A stretch of DNA of 64,000 nucleotides from contig JAPYYK010000098.1 of NCBI GenBank assembly GCA_028534125.1, positions 1,178,001 to 1,242,000 on the forward strand, in the 5' to 3' direction. Below are positions 45,101-61,743 of this stretch, piece by piece. The DNA comes from Lama glama. Its lineage: Eukaryota. A program made the position numbers and the translations under genes. The notes under the pieces are model-generated. The model made no database searches. It was not told the origin of the DNA and worked only from the letters and a program-made list of their open reading frames with translations. Positions within the stretch are counted from its first letter, which is position 1; every line of letters starts with the position of its first letter.

Positions 45101-47732
45101 CCCAGCAGACACCCTCGAGGCCAGTGGGGGTGACCCGGGCCACACGGAAATCACGGGCACTGAGATGAGACGCTTCACCCAGGGCCCCGGCCAGCCCTGA
45201 TGCTTCCCACAGGGCCAGGCTGGGGGCTGGGACCTCCATCCACCACCATTCTCAGGGAAACAGCAGGGCTCACCTGAGCTCATGGCCCGGCTCCCCCTGC
45301 CACTCACCCCATGTAGAGGAAGGGTCCCCTTCCCGATGCACCTGCTCGATGTGCACAACCAGGGCTGGCTACACGACCAGGACCCAGGAGATGCTCTCCC
45401 GAGAGCAGGGGCCCCATCTGACCCCTCATCCCTGAGTCCCCGGTGCCTGGACCAGCCCGGCGTGAGCCAGGCCCCCATCTCTGCAGAGTGAGCCCAGTGA
45501 TGAAAGGTGCGAGCGCTCGGCGCACAGGGGGCTCCCTCCCTCCACTGGGGCTTATTTTGAAACATAAGGAACTGGCGAGAAGAAAGAAACTCTGAGTTCA
45601 AATCAGGTAAATGCTCCCATGCGTGGGCCTGCCAAAGAGGAGACAGAGCGTGCAGAGCGCTTGGAGGCCATGTGAACAGAATGGGCCCTCTGTGCAGTGC
45701 AGTGCGGGCGTCACCAGCCCCACAGCGGCCCAGGGCGGGAGATCCAGGCCCCCTTCCTGAGGTGCTCGGAAGCCGACTTACACCCACGAGCCACTCTTGC
45801 ATCTGAATGGACAGCAGCAGGAAAGAAAGAAACATCTTCCCTGAGCTAATTGAAGCCCTGTTGTGAGTTCCTTGTCTCTGTGATTAAAGGAAATGAGAAT
45901 GCTGCTAATTAGCAGCTGGAAGTGCCAAAGAAATGTGTAAACGTCCTTCAGAAACAGCTTTTGGAGAGAAGCCGCGAGGACCCGTCACCGGCTGTCATCA
46001 CTCTGTGAAAAACTCCTCCCGCACTTCGCAGAAGACACAGAGGGAGCCAGAACTCGGTTCCACCTGGAGCTACAGAGGTCTCCGCACAGGCCCGCGGTGA
46101 GGGGAAGCAGAGGCGCGGGGGCCAAGGAGCCTCCAGGAAACCTCCTGGGGCAAAAGGATCCTGGCGGGGCCTGCCGCGTGGGTGCCGCCGCACTTCCCAC
46201 ACCCCACCCCAGACGTGTTCTGGCTCGTGTGCGGGGGGGCACTCGCCCCGCTCATCAAGAGCTATGGAAGACAAGCCACGTGAGCAAAGGCCAGTCCACA
46301 GATCAGACAAAAATTGCTGTAGCTCTTTGGGACCATCTGTAAACAGGACGTCACACTTGTCCTGGCCAGGAGAGTCCCAGAGCCTGCCGCGGACAGGGCT
46401 GCACATCACAGGGCTGAGCAGGGCCTCACAGGTCTGGGGTAGCTTGATTCTGATGCCAGAATCCCTCCTTGAGCCTTTCAGACAAGCTCCCCAGCTGCTG
46501 TTTGAATGCCTCCAGAGACAGAGGGCTCACTACCTGAGGCAGCAGCCTAGTCCATCACGGCATCTTAGGAGCCCTTGCTGTTGGAGGAAGGGGCTCTCTG
46601 GCCACAGATGCATCCTCAAGGTTTACTCAAAACGTGTGGCGGGAGGGAAATCTGAGTAGAAGTTTTGTTGGCAATGCACACATTTTCCTGAGCTTGAAAC
46701 CCCTCTTCTAGGTAACAGAGGAGTTTATATTTTCAATCTCCAGAAGTAAATGAAAGCAGGCAGACTGCAAGCAGCTAGAATCACTTACAACTTGAAGTCT
46801 TCCCTTTCATGCGGAGGATCTGACATGAACACTCGTTTATGTGGGGGAGGAACGGCTGGGAGTTACTCTTTCTTTTACAGAGAGAACAGACGTGCCTGGG
46901 ACGAGCCTCCTACGACCTCAGGCCCCCGGCGGCCCTCAGGCTCCTTCCAACAACACACACTTGCTCACGGGTGCCGGGAGGTGGCTGTTTCTTGCTCTGC
47001 TTTATGGCAATAAACCCAAGAGGTCCTGACATCTGCTCAGAACAGTCCAAAGGCAACAGCAGGGCTGCGATTTCAGGACACTGAGTGGGCGACGCTGCAC
47101 CTTGGGTTAGGCGGCCTGCGGTTGTGACTTCCGGTAGCTAGAGTTTCCTTTTAGAGAAAGCTCTGTTTTCACGGCTGCGTACTAACTCACTTGCCAACAC
47201 GCAGGCATTTAGGGCGCCAGCGTGTGGGGGTCTGCTTTACTCTTCACTCTCTGCTGCAACTAGAGGGCTACGCTTAAAAAGTAAAGAGATGCAAATAACC
47301 CAAAGGCTCCCCAAGGAGAGGACTGCCGAGTACAAACGACTGCATGCGGACAGGCAGCCAGCCTACAGAGCAGCTCAGAGGAAAACGAAGCTAGGACTAG
47401 AGCCTGAACGGCGCGATGCGCGGCTCCTCCACCGCGGGCTCGGCTGGGGGGTCGGGGAGGAGGACGGGGAGGCAGAGAAAGCGCTGACGCCTCTCCTAGC
47501 GCGCTTTTCTCTATGGCCTCACAGTGGCCCTCACGTCCTGTTATTTTAATCTTGATGGAAAGGCTGACTGGAAGGAATCCATCAGGTAGCTAAGAGTGCA
47601 GGCTGCTTGTGGACATGGAGTGAAAACCACAAAGGCCGAACAGGAGTTTGGCAAACAGTGAGTCGGAGCATCTCAAGACCCTGCTCATCTTGTCGGAGGC
47701 ACCAGCTTCTGAAACACCTTCCATCCGAATTA

Positions 47733-48485
<753 letters not shown>

Positions 48486-48544
48486 TCAGACTGTGAGGCC
48501 AACGAAGGGGAAGGAGATGGGAGGGGGCTCTTGGGGGGCCCTCA

Positions 48545-49069
<525 letters not shown>

Positions 49070-49274
49070 TTAGTCGCCCCTGTCTAGAGGCAGGTGGCCG
49101 GTGTGCATCCAGCGTGCACCGTGAGAGTCCGCAGGCGCCGGCATGTTCCCGGAGCTCCTCGGAGACGCTGGAGGAGGCGGACTCGCACCCGGCCTGCCAG
49201 GGACTTGGACGGCAGCGTGGCTCAGCGGGTGCTGGCGCCAGGCGGACCTGTGCACAAGGCGGGGTGTGAGCTCA

Positions 49275-49754
<480 letters not shown>

Positions 49755-51291
49755 CTAAACGAGGGTGCTCACGGTCACGCCGTCAAGGTGCCCCCGGCCT
49801 CCTACTCCAGCCCCTGGTCCTCACTGGAGGCCTTGGTGATGCCGGGGAGCGTTTGTGGTTGTCACGACTGCAGGGGATGCACATGGCATCTTGTGGGCTG
49901 AGGTCGGGGTGCAGCCGAACACCCCACAATGCACAGGACAGTCCTTCAGGAAGGGAGGACCTGGCCCAAAGTGTCAGTGGTGCTGAGGTTGGGAGAGCCT
50001 GCCCTCGGCCGCCGCAGCCCCCCAGGACATGACCCTTTGTGGTTTAACAGGAATGCAAACCACACCCCAACAATGTCCCAGAGCCGCTCAGACTGCAGCA
50101 CTCCTTTCTGAGTGGACTTCTCCGCGTCCGTACCCTCCCCGGTGACGAGGGAGCTGTCGCCCACGCACTAAGGGGAGGGTGTGGTCCCAGGGAAGGGAAG
50201 GCACGGGAGCGCCAGGCGCCCGGACTCAGCTCCAAACCCACCTCCTGCCGCTCTGCCGTGCTCTCGTTCCCGGGGCAGCCCCGTGTGGAACTGGCCTTGT
50301 TCTGCCCGGACCCTGGCCCACCCCTCCCCTCCCTCCAGGCTCCATGGACGTCCGGGTCCCACAGCCTGGACTCAAACCCCACGCCTGCCTCTTGCCACCC
50401 ACTTGCCCAGGGTCACACAGGTGTAGGAGTGGGACCCTGCTGGTCTGATTTTAAAGCCGGCAGGCCTCCCCTGAAGCTATGCAGCCTCCCCAGGGCACGA
50501 GTCGGGTGGCAGCTCTGTCCCAGCCCCCTGTCACCTCCTGGCAGTGAGCTGCACGGAGGGTGAGCTGCTCCGAGGATGGGGTCAGGCCAGGGTACGGTCC
50601 CTCTCTGTCACTCTGACAGGTCAGCCCCGTTCTGGCGTCTAGCCACGCCAGTAATCTACTCTGCACACACGACACGGCAGCCTCCGGCTTTGGAGGGGCA
50701 CAGAGGGAAACTGACACTGCCCCAGGATGCATGGCAGGGACACATCTTCCTCGAGGTCCCCGGTGAGACCGTAAATGGCAGGGGCCCCGCCTAACTGGCT
50801 CTGGAGTCCCAGACTGATGGAGCACAAGGCAAGTCCGTGTCCAAGCAAGAGCTACGACGCACACGAGCCCGTCCAGGGCCGCGCTCGCGCCCGCCCGTCA
50901 TCTTTCAGCCGAGACACAACCCTGGGCTGACCCTGAGGTCACTGCCGACAGAAGGCCGGACACGGCAGGCTGGGAGAAGAGCCAATGGTTAAGGACAGGA
51001 GAGAAGCACGTGGACACGTGGTTCTTTCCTTTGAGAATGAGAAGGTCGGGCCAACCCGGGGCTGAACAGGCTGGAACGGAGGGGGCTTTGTAGGGGCACC
51101 GCTCTCCAGGTCTGACCACCCCCCCGGCCTCGTCCTCAGCACCCGTTTGGCTCCCCAGGCACATGAACGTCAGAGTAAGGGCGGAGGGGGCAGGGACACA
51201 GGCCCGGGCCGGGTGGGGGTCCCCAGCTCGCTCGTTTATCCACCGCTGGCCGAGCTCCCACCACGAGCTGGGCCCCTGTTCTGAGGACTCA

Positions 51292-51744
51292 CAGGCACAC
51301 CTCAGAGATGCTCTGCTTCGCAGATACTGCGTCTTTACAAACTGACGGTTTCGGGCAACGCTGCTTTGAGCCATTTTGCCCACAGCCCTGGCTCACTTCG
51401 TGTCAGTGTGTCACATTTGGGTAATTCTCGCACTAGTGCAGACTTTTTCCTTTTCATCATGTGTCTTTGTCCTGGTGACCTATGACCGGGGTCTTTGATG
51501 TCATCACCATGACGCACTGAAGGCTCAGAGAGTGCTTAACATTTTTAGCAATAAAGGGCTTTTAATTAAGGTCTGCATGTAGTCTTTTAGCCATAATGCT
51601 ACTACATGACAGACTACAACGTAATGTAAATACAACTTCATATGCCCTGGGAAACCAAAAGGTGCGTGTGACTCGCTTCACTGTGACCCTTGCTGTGCTG
51701 CGGCGGTCTGGAACCAGACCCGCAACATCTCCGAGGTCTGCCTG
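51292..51744 (+). mobile_element. Non-autonomous Tigger1 derivative (TcMar-Tigger), ~453 bp
   Basis: TIRs CAGGCACACCTCAGAGAT / ATCTCCGAGGTCTGCCTG (16/18 complementary); Tigger1-like 5' (cgcagatactgcgtctttacaa) and 3' (gggaaaccaaaa..gtgtgactcgctt..ggtctggaacc) arms. Confidence 0.88.
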
Positions 51745-53585
51745 TGCGTAAAGTCTCCAGTGCTGGATGATGCTGGCTGCCTGGGGGTGGGGACATCGGA
51801 ACTGGAAGACGAAACGTTGAGTGGGTGCACCTTCAGATAAGGTTTAAGGCCAAGAAGGCAGCGTGTGAACAATTAACTGAGGGAGGCAGGGCGGGGGGCT
51901 AGGGGTCCAGTGGGGAGAGAGTTCCAGCCAGAGGGACGGCTCGCCAGACCCACGGGGCTGTTCGAGCGCAGATGGAGTTGGGGAGGGTGGGGTGATGGGT
52001 GGTCTCAGGCCTGCAGGCACAGGGGGCTCTGGCTCCCGCTCCGGGTGCGTGCTTCAGCAGAGAATGGCATAAAGAGAGTGACCGTCACCACTCTGACCAC
52101 CTGTGTCCCGTCCCACTTACCCCAAAGTGACTGTGGGGCCACTGTCACCCCGTCACTCCGAGGAGGCAGCCTGCACGGCGGTGGCATTCGGACCCGGACT
52201 TGCCGACCAGAGCTGCTCCCCGGCTCCTGGCCCCACACGTGGGGGACCCAGAGGCTGGTAGGGGTTTTGAGCTCAGGGAAGACAGCCCCTCCGTGACACA
52301 CACCCCGGCCTGGGCTGGCGGTGAACGCAGGCATCACGGCAACGAGCCCAGAGCCCCGGGTCTCCTCCCACCAAAGGGAGCAGGAGAGGATGCCCCCTGC
52401 AGGGCCTGCGGGGCGGGCAGGAGAGTGCCCTGAGGCCGTGCGCAACGTAGCCGGCAGGCCCCAGCCCCCAGGGGCCCACGGAGGGGACCACACGCTCGTC
52501 TGTTTTCGAGCTGGTGGTCAGCGGAGCCCGCCACCCTCCGCCAGAGCAGCAGGAGGACAGGCAGGACCACGGCCGCAAGGACAGGAGGCCCCGAGGCACA
52601 GCCAGACGGCCGCTTGCTCCCAAGCCCCAGGCACCGAGTCTGGCGCCTCCCCAGGATCTCGCCGCCCCAGCTGCAGCTTCTGTTAGACGCGTGGAGGAGG
52701 CACACGGACCGTGCCCGGCTAACTGTGGAGAGGTGAGACCGCTCCACGCCCAGAAACGGCCCCAGGAGCCACAGGCCCTCGGGGCCACCCCGCCGGAACA
52801 GGGCTGGACACACCCTGGGGCTGACCGCAGGCTGCGGCTGGAAGAGGAGGCACTGAGCTTGGAGCCGGACAGAAGCAGGGTCTGTCTGTGGGCCCAGCCC
52901 CCAGGGACAGGGAACGAGGCACACACAACGGTGCTGATGCGTATGTGGGCAGCAGGGATGCAGAGAACCCAGACTGGCCTCGGGGCCTTTGCACGGTGGT
53001 TCTACCTGCCTGGGGCAGCCTCAGCTCGGCCCTTCTCGGCAGACACCCCACCCAAGGGCCTGAGCCTGTGTGAGCCCCTCACGTTGAAGGGGCTCCTGGT
53101 CCCAGCCCTCTTTTACCTCCTCCATGGTACTTCTTGCCCTCCCGTCCACCTGGTCTGCTGTGGGCCTGCTGGTTCCCTGTCCGCTCTGAGGGCAGGAGCC
53201 TCCCTGTCCCAGGGAGTCTGCATTCCAGAACCGGACATGTGCCTGGCACAGGGAGCGAGGGGTCCAGCAAACACAGGCTGACAGATGAAGGAAAGAAGCC
53301 TCGCTCCCCTCTGAGAAGGGCTGGGGCCGGGGCCGGCCAGCAAGGCATGTGCACGCCAGACCCCGCCCGGAGGCCTTCCGAATCCTCCACGTCCAGTCGT
53401 CTGGTCTTCAGGGTCTCAGGGTGGAGGCTGGCCTGGGGGTCATCTCACATCCCTGCTCTCAGGGACCCCAGTGACCTTCCCCCCCTCCCTGCAGTGATGT
53501 CAGAAACACAGCCGGCAACCCCCACACCGAAGAGAAAGCTGCGGCACTGACCACACACCTGCCCTCGGACAAGAACCCCGTCTTA

Positions 53586-53996
<411 letters not shown>

Positions 53997-55299
53997 TCAG
54001 ACACCCCGAGTCTGAGCCCCTGCTCCCCTGGGGCCCCCTCGGACTCAGTCTGCTCTTCTATAGAATGGGGACGATGGTGACATCCGGTCCCAAGGGGGTA
54101 CAAGGATCCAGGGACACATGCAAGAGACCTTCCGACAGGGTCCCGGCACCCTCTGCAATTGCCCGCCAGAACTGCTGCCTGCTCCTGGACCCAGAGAAGA
54201 GGGGGTCTGGGGGCGCCATGCGGCTTCCTAGGACCCGATGGAAACCCCAGGGCTGCACTAGCAGGCTGACAAGTCTGTGGGCTTGGAATGAGGAGTCCAC
54301 ACAGACTTGAAGACACGCATCACAATGAGGAGCAGGTCGGGGAGGGTGTGTCTGAGGGACTGAGGCCCCTGGCGAAGGACCAGCGAAGGCCTACGGGCGG
54401 CGGGGCGGCAAGGACGAGCTGGAGGCCCCGCCCTCACTCTGGCTCTTAGAGAAAGACGCAGAGATGGACGCTCAAGGGGCGAGGAAAGACAGGGAGGTTC
54501 ACATCTGCTTCCAGAGCCGGGACCTCAGCAGTCAAGTCCAGCCCTCGTTTCTGGAGCAGCCCGGCTCAAGGCCTGTCTGCAGGGAGCCCCGGCCCCTCGG
54601 TGACGCCGACTTGTAGGCTGGAACCGTCCAGGCCAGAAGCCCCCCCACCGACCACGAGGCAGGACGGCAGGCAGTTTCCTCGCTGAGCCCCTACGTCCCA
54701 CAAGGCACACAGCGCATCCGGGCGGGGGGGCCCTGGGCGACCCTGCTGGGCGCCCAGCTCCCATGGTAGGGGGACACAGGTGGCTGAGCCAAGTCAGCAC
54801 TGAGGAACTTCTCTAACCTCAGTTTTGACTGAGTTTACTCTTACTGTGGTATATTTATTGTTATGTAATTTACTTTTCTTACTCTCTAATCACTTTTTTT
54901 CCAAGCGAAGCCAGTGTGCAATGGGCCCCTCCTCTGCTCACGGCAAGCCGATCTCCGCGAGGCTGGCTTCATAAGGGCGCCTGGGGGGCGGGCGTGTGTT
55001 TCACCATCGACTGCCGTGCTTTGCACCGTTAAACACACAACGGCGTCCTTCACCCTCCAAGAGACAGGCTCTCTCCTGTCTTTCTTGATTCAGGCTGGCC
55101 TCCCCCCTGCTTCTTGCCTCCTGGCACCCTCAGAACAGAGGATTACCCCCCTACCACAGCCTGACGAGCACGCAGCACTGAGCCGGGGACAGTGGGCACA
55201 GGGGACCGGGGCGAGCTGCCGCCCCATGCAGCCCATCCAGCCCCGCGGGCTCCAGGTCACAGAGGCCCTGTGTTTGGTCCACCAAGGCTCCTAGCCTTT

Positions 55300-55462
55300 T
55301 TTGGTTTCCAGCATTAAAAAAAAAAATCAAGATATTTCATACACCTGCAATTAATATACTACTGTAAATCAACTATACTTTAATTTAAGAAAGTATTTCC
55401 AAAGAAAAACTGGGATTCTCAGTTTATCCTGAAACACCAGAAAGATCTGCCCAACCTGGGTC
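55300..55462. mobile_element. MER103-like fragment interrupted by a ~50-bp L1 tail (~55340-55390)
   Basis: ccagcattaaaa..tcaagatatttca [tacacctgcaattaatatactactgtaaatcaactatactt] aaagtatttcc..ctgggattctcag..aagatctgcccaacctggg. Confidence 0.6.
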
Positions 55463-55699
55463 TGGAGTCTCACTCACTCACAAGACCACCTGGCCCTGGA
55501 GGCATCTGACTCTCTGACCCTGATCCCCACCCTCCCTGCCCTGACTTCACAGTGCGAAGTACAGACGCCTGGAAAGAGGGGAGGTCACCCCAGGAGTGGA
55601 AAGGGAGCCAGGACCGGTCAGCTCTATTGAGGTCCTGACATCTGCACCACACTCATCCCACCTGGTATTCACTCAGTCATCCTGTTGCCCTGATCCTCA

Positions 55700-56146
<447 letters not shown>

Positions 56147-56159
56147 TCAAGATCCAAAG

Positions 56160-56478
56160 GCGAAAACAGAAAGAAAAGGACACTGTGAACTCATCTACCA
56201 AACAGAAACAGACTCACAGACATAGAAAACAATCTTACGGTGGGAAGGGATACAGTTGGGAGTTTGAGATTTACAAATGTTAGCCACTACATATAAAAAT
56301 AGATTTAAAAAAGTTCCTTTTGTCTAGCACAGGGAACTATGTTCAATATCTTATAACCTTTAATGAAAAAGAATATGGGAATGAATATATGTGTGTATCG
56401 TATCTGCATGACTGGGACACTGTGCTGCGCACCAGACTGACACACTGTGACTGACGGTACTTCAACAAAAATAAAAAG
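56160..56478 (+). mobile_element. Relatively young L1 3' end, camelid-like
   Basis: gaactcatctaccaaacagaaacagactcacagacatag...agcacagggaactatgttcaatatctt...gcatgactgggacactgtgctg...acttcaacaaaaataaaaa. Confidence 0.88.
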
Positions 56479-57769
56479 GTATCCGAGTGCTCGGGAGGAA
56501 TCTGTCCTGGCTCCGATGTACCGCCGGGGAGGGCGGGGGGTTAACTGACCTGCCCGTTCTGTAAAACAATCTGGTAAAAGCCCTGAAAACACCCACAGCT
56601 CTTGAACCTGGGAACTGCCCGCCTGGACTCCAACCTGACAGGGCAGGAAGGAGAGGAGGAAGTCCACACACAGAGAGACGTTCAGCACGTGGTTCATCAC
56701 AGCAGGGCACCAGCGGAACAAGGGCCACGGCACGGGGCTGGCTGAGCACACGCCTACGTCCACTCGTCGGACCTTCTGCGGGGCCCCGAGGCAGCGCTTC
56801 CAAAGAGCTGGGGACAAAACTGACCGTACAGTTTGACCACAACCATGTTGTTGCGAAAAGCATAAAACCATCATCCTAAAAAGAAACACGCCAGACAGGG
56901 GAGGCCGAGGGCTGTGCTCGCGCTGGAGGACCTGGCGGCTCGTTTCCCTTACGCTGTCCTCCCCCGTCCTTCCAGGGACAACCTTCCTGCCCGCTCTGCT
57001 TCCAGCACCCAGAACAGCGCCTGGCACACAGCAGGTGAATCAAAGAGTGGATATTATGAGTGGGTCTGTCGGGGCCTCACCCTCGCCCCGCGTGGACGGC
57101 GGAGAGGCTGGCAGCCCCGCCCAGCAGCGGCGGGAAGGAGAGCTCTTCCGGGAAGACGCGGTTTGCTCCACGCGAGGAGACACAGACACAGCGGGAGCTC
57201 CAAGAACGGCGTCCCTCCGCGGGGTCCTGCCCTGCTCCCCGGACCCCTTGCCCGGGCCTGGCTCATCTCCCACTCCCAAGGGTCCCAGCGAGATCACCAC
57301 CAAGTCCTTACTCGTCACCTGCCTCCCTGTGAGGCCCTCTGCTCTAGGCTCCGAGAGCCAGAGTCCCCTCCTGAACAGCTCTGAGCACGACCCCGCTGAA
57401 CAGAACAACATCGGGCGCCTGCCGCCCTTGGTTACCTGCCCCTGGTTGGGCTCCCCCCACCCGGCCTAGCCTCCTCTCCCCCTCATCCTTTTGTCAGACT
57501 ACTCTGTCCCCAGGCCCTCGTCCCCCGGCCCACTCCTTCATCCAAGAAGCCCCCACGTCCTCCCTCACCTGGTGATGCCCGGCTGGCCAGGGTGGGGGGG
57601 TCCTTCTCTGGTCTCTGCTTTCCTTGGTGTTAAGAAATGATTTGTTTGGGCGTCTGTCGCCCTGACTGGCCTGTGGGCTCATGAAAGGAACGGTGTGTCT
57701 GTTCCTCCTGTACCCACAGTGTGATGAGAAATGAAAAATCCGTACGGAAAAAATTAAAATACTTTTAAA

Positions 57770-58700
57770 AGAGGGAATTACAGCTACATTGTGGCACTAC
57801 TTCTCAGCCATCTGATTGGGAAAATCCAAAAGTCTGAGCGCACACACTGCTGGTGGGTCTGTAAAGAAACACGGCCTCCTTTATAAAATTAACTGGGTAA
57901 CTTACTTTCTGGGACATGAGAGACATGCAGCCTTGTATCGGTTTCACTAGCACCACGTAACGATTTGGTATTTGTACATACGGTGAGATGATCGCCACGG
58001 TCAGTCTAGTTCACACCCGTCACCACACAATGTCACACTTTTTTTTTTCTTGGGATGAGACTGTTTAAGATCTACTCTCTTAGCAGCTTTCAAATACACC
58101 GCGCAGTGTTCCTGTCAAACGTGCTCTCACACCCTGCCAGGAAGACGGAAGAATGGTGCAGCCCCAAGGGGGAGTCTGGCAACAGCTATTAAAATGACAG
58201 CCATACCATCCCTGCCCTTGTCCAAACCAGACTCCTTCTAGGAAACGATGCTGAAGACACGCCTCCACAAACACACAAAAGAGAGGCAGAAAGCTGCGAA
58301 CTGCAGCGTTATTTTTAAGAACCAAAGCTTGGAAACAGCCCACAGGCCCCTCAGCAGGGGGCTGGTTAGGTAAACTGCAGTCCTTCCGTCAAGCCGAACG
58401 GCCAGCAAAGATCTTCCCGGGGGGTAAGAAGAGATTCCCAGTTTATTTTCCTTACTTTCCAAGCAAAGAAGCAACGTGCGCAACAGGAGACACTGCCTTC
58501 TGCGTAAGAGAGGAACGGGCAGGGCGTAAGGACATACAATCATTCTTGCCAGTTTTGCAAAAAGAAACACTGAAAGGAGAATGCGGAAACTAATCAAAAA
58601 AGTCATTGACCAGAGGCGGGGCAGGGATGGAAGCGAGACTCCAGGGTGTACCTCAAACACAGGTTTAATTTTGGAACCACATAAACAACTTAGATAAAAT
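57770..58700. mobile_element. Old + strand L1 (L1ME-like) split by a minus-strand L1MA-like 3' end (~57880-58115)
   Basis: Outer: catctgattgggaaaatccaaaagtctga...gaatggtgcagcc...ttggaaacagccc; inner: gagatgatcgccacggtcagtctagtt...tttaagatctactctcttagcagctttcaaata. Confidence 0.65.
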
Positions 58701-61700
58701 AAAGCTAAAAAAAAAAAGCAAACTCTAAAACTGAGAAGGAAAGGAGACAAGTGATTCTGTGACAGGTCGGTGACCTCAATGCTGGGAGACCAACCCTGCA
58801 CCAGTCCCTCCTTGGGGTAATTCTTTCCTTAACCTCTCATGATTCCCAGCGTCTTTCAGGCCAGGATTGCAAATACTTGTTAATCCAGGTACCAGCTCTG
58901 CCGGCTGGTGACTGCTGCGGGGGTGGGCACCTGGGGACCTGGGCTGAGTCAGTGCTCAGCAACGAAGGGAGGCCGGTGGATGAGCGGTGTCTGCAGGGGC
59001 ACAGACAGGACACGCAGGTGCTGCGCCCGCACCAGACCAGGGCAGCTTCCAATTCAGAACAGCCGGCGCCCTGGGCTCGTGGAGGCTACTAGGGACAGAC
59101 ATCCAGCGAGTCCTGGACAGCTTACCGCCCAGGACACGGACTACGCGACACTCACCTCCAGGCCCAGCTCCCCCTGGACCCCTGGAAGCTCTGAGTGCCC
59201 ACGCTGCTCAGGGCGAGACGTCCCGTCCCAGACCCCTCTGCAGCCAAGACCAGGGTGCCTGGGGATGTTGCGAGCCTGGGCTGAGGCAAAGCATCGTGGC
59301 CCAGCTGGCGCCAGCCTCCTCTGCTCCTCCTGGTCTGGTCCAACGTGTGTGACTGCCAAGGCTGCTGTGCTCACCCCCGCTGAACTGCTCGTCAGAGCCC
59401 CGACCGTGCCCTCACCCCCGGGGGCAGCATCCTAGTCCCCCAGCTGCCAGGAGCCTGAAGCCCTTGCGGGTGCGAACTGATACCCGCTCAGCTCGGTCCT
59501 GCACCTGGGGCAGCGCCCGGCCAGCTGCCACCTCGACACGGAGGGGGAATCGCACCAAGTGACAGCTTTAAGGTGCACGTGCCCTCGAGCATGGAGGTGG
59601 GTGGGGCAGGGTGGCCCGTGGGGCTCAGGTGCTCTGGGCTGGGTGCTTACACTCACCCCTAGCAAAGGAACGACACCACCTGTCGATGAATTCCGTCCTT
59701 TTGACTTTTTTCCCACAATATGAACACTTTTCTGAATTTGCTGTCAGTTATCAATTCCCCGGTCATCCCTCCCTGAACACATGTGTGCACAGATGTACAC
59801 ACACAATTCCAAGGAGCCCCCTCATGACTCTATCTGCCCACATGCCCACCAAAGAAACCATCAAAAGGGCCCTATTCCCGCACATGACAGGGCCTTCGAC
59901 CCTTCCTCCCTGGACCTCCCTTCCCTCCTCAAGACAGCCGAGGCCTGCTCCTGCACTTTGCTCGGGCCTCGGTGCAAATGTCACCTCCTCAGGGAGGCCT
60001 TCTCGGAGCCTCTGCCCAAGGCAGGCCCTCCCATCACCTGTCACCTCCGTGCTGAGCTGGACCACTCTCCTTGCTACCCACCATGGCTTCCTGCGTGCGA
60101 CAGTGTGGCTGCTTCTCTGTCCCACAGCTGGAATGAAGCTGGCTGTCAGCTGCGGGACACTAAGCAGGTTCACCTTGACCAGGCTCAGTCTCCCCACCCT
60201 GTAAAATGGGTACAGTGAGAGCCCCTGCCCCACAACGTCACTGTACAGATGCAAGGGGGCGTGAATGACAGCCCTGCACGCACGTCTAGCCTGTGCTCGG
60301 TAAATGACCCTCACGACCATCAGCTGTCACTACTGCCACCTGTCAGCCCCATTTTACAGCTGGAAGGCATGAGTCCCGGCAGGCGGAAGCAATCGTCGCA
60401 GTTTGCCCAGCTGGTGGGCCCGGGGCTGTTCCAACTCCAATTCATGTCTTATCGTCACAACCAGAAACACTCTGCCATGGACAAGGCGGGTGGCCATTAA
60501 CTCAACCGGGGGACTTTTTCGCGACCAGCCCAGCGGGAGAGGTGGTGGGAAAGCATGGCGTGCGCTGTGACTACAGCTGGAAAGCTCTCGCTGATCACCT
60601 GCCTGCATAATTCTCTCCCCATTCAGCGTGAAAGTGTCACGAGCCCCGTGCCAGGGCGGGAGGTTGGTAATCAGCACTAGTGAAGGGCACCCATGAATTG
60701 TCCGGGCTGCTCAGGGCTGTCAAAGCGCAGGTCCTGGAACAAGCCCAGCGCAGAGGAGGGTTCCTGCACCGCAGACGAGACTTCTCCTCTCGTCTCCTCT
60801 CGGGGCCTCTGTTTCCTGGTTTGCAACACAGGAGGGTGGGGCTGGTCACCTGCAGGCCCTTGGCGTGGGCAGTCTGCGATCTCGGAGATGCAATCCGTGT
60901 GCCTCGGCCCAGGATCAAGAGACAGGGACGGGGGTGGCGGTCGGAGGTGACGGCCCCCCATACCTGGCTGACCCGGAGGCTCCAGGTGCACAGCCCACGC
61001 TGACATCAAGGGAATGAAGGGGCCACGTGGGGACCCCAGACCAGGCACATAGGACTCCCAAAGAATAGCCTGCGGGTGAGAGGATGTGTCCAGATTGCCG
61101 CAGGAGGCCAGGCTGCAGAGCGACTGGGTGTTCAGTGCACAGGGAGTGAGCTGAGCGGCAAGACAGCCCCCGCTGCCTCTGGTCCAAGTACACTGAAGGG
61201 GTTACACGTAAGTCGGGGCGGGCCAAGGGGTACCCGGAAGATCTGGGGAGGATCTTTCTTCTGCCAATGGGGGGGCGTCCTTACAATGCGCTTCCAAGAC
61301 ACCCCCATTCACCTTCTGGGCCAGTGACAGGGGTCTCATGCTAGTGGCTGTCCTTCTTGACCTCACCAGCTGCCCACAGGCACGAGACTTTCCAGCTCCT
61401 AACCCGGAATTTCAATCTGACCCAAGGAGTTCCCGAAGCCGCACTTCTCACCCCAGGTACACACACACTTCTAGCTTCCCCACCACCAAGCTGCTGCCTC
61501 CACACCCTCCTACTTCAGCGTTCACCGGTGACCTGTGCCCGCAGGAGCCTTCGTCACCTCTGCTCTGCTCAACATATTTGTCTGAGCATCTGCCTTCCTC
61601 ATGGACTGCAGCCTCCCATGCACAGGGGGTGGGGTTTCCCCTAGATCTGTCTGCCCAGCCCAAGCCTCATCCCAGCAAAGAGCCAGGGACTGTCTGCAGA

Positions 61701-61743
61701 GTGACCTGATGGATGGACCAGCAAGCACAGGCAGCAGCAATAA

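Noticed and set aside
44684-45835. Longest ORF in the track (383 aa, minus strand, inside intron 20)
   Set aside because: Low-complexity G/P/A/R/W composition, no recognisable domain, and long stop-free runs are expected at this GC content. The NUP210 frame is complete without it.
51007-51020. Tandem CACGTG E-boxes
   Set aside because: Expected by chance in CpG-rich sequence; no supporting context
52273-53281. Cluster of overlapping 200-255 aa ORFs on both strands
   Set aside because: Several frames open at once, typical of GC-rich intron; no protein-like features
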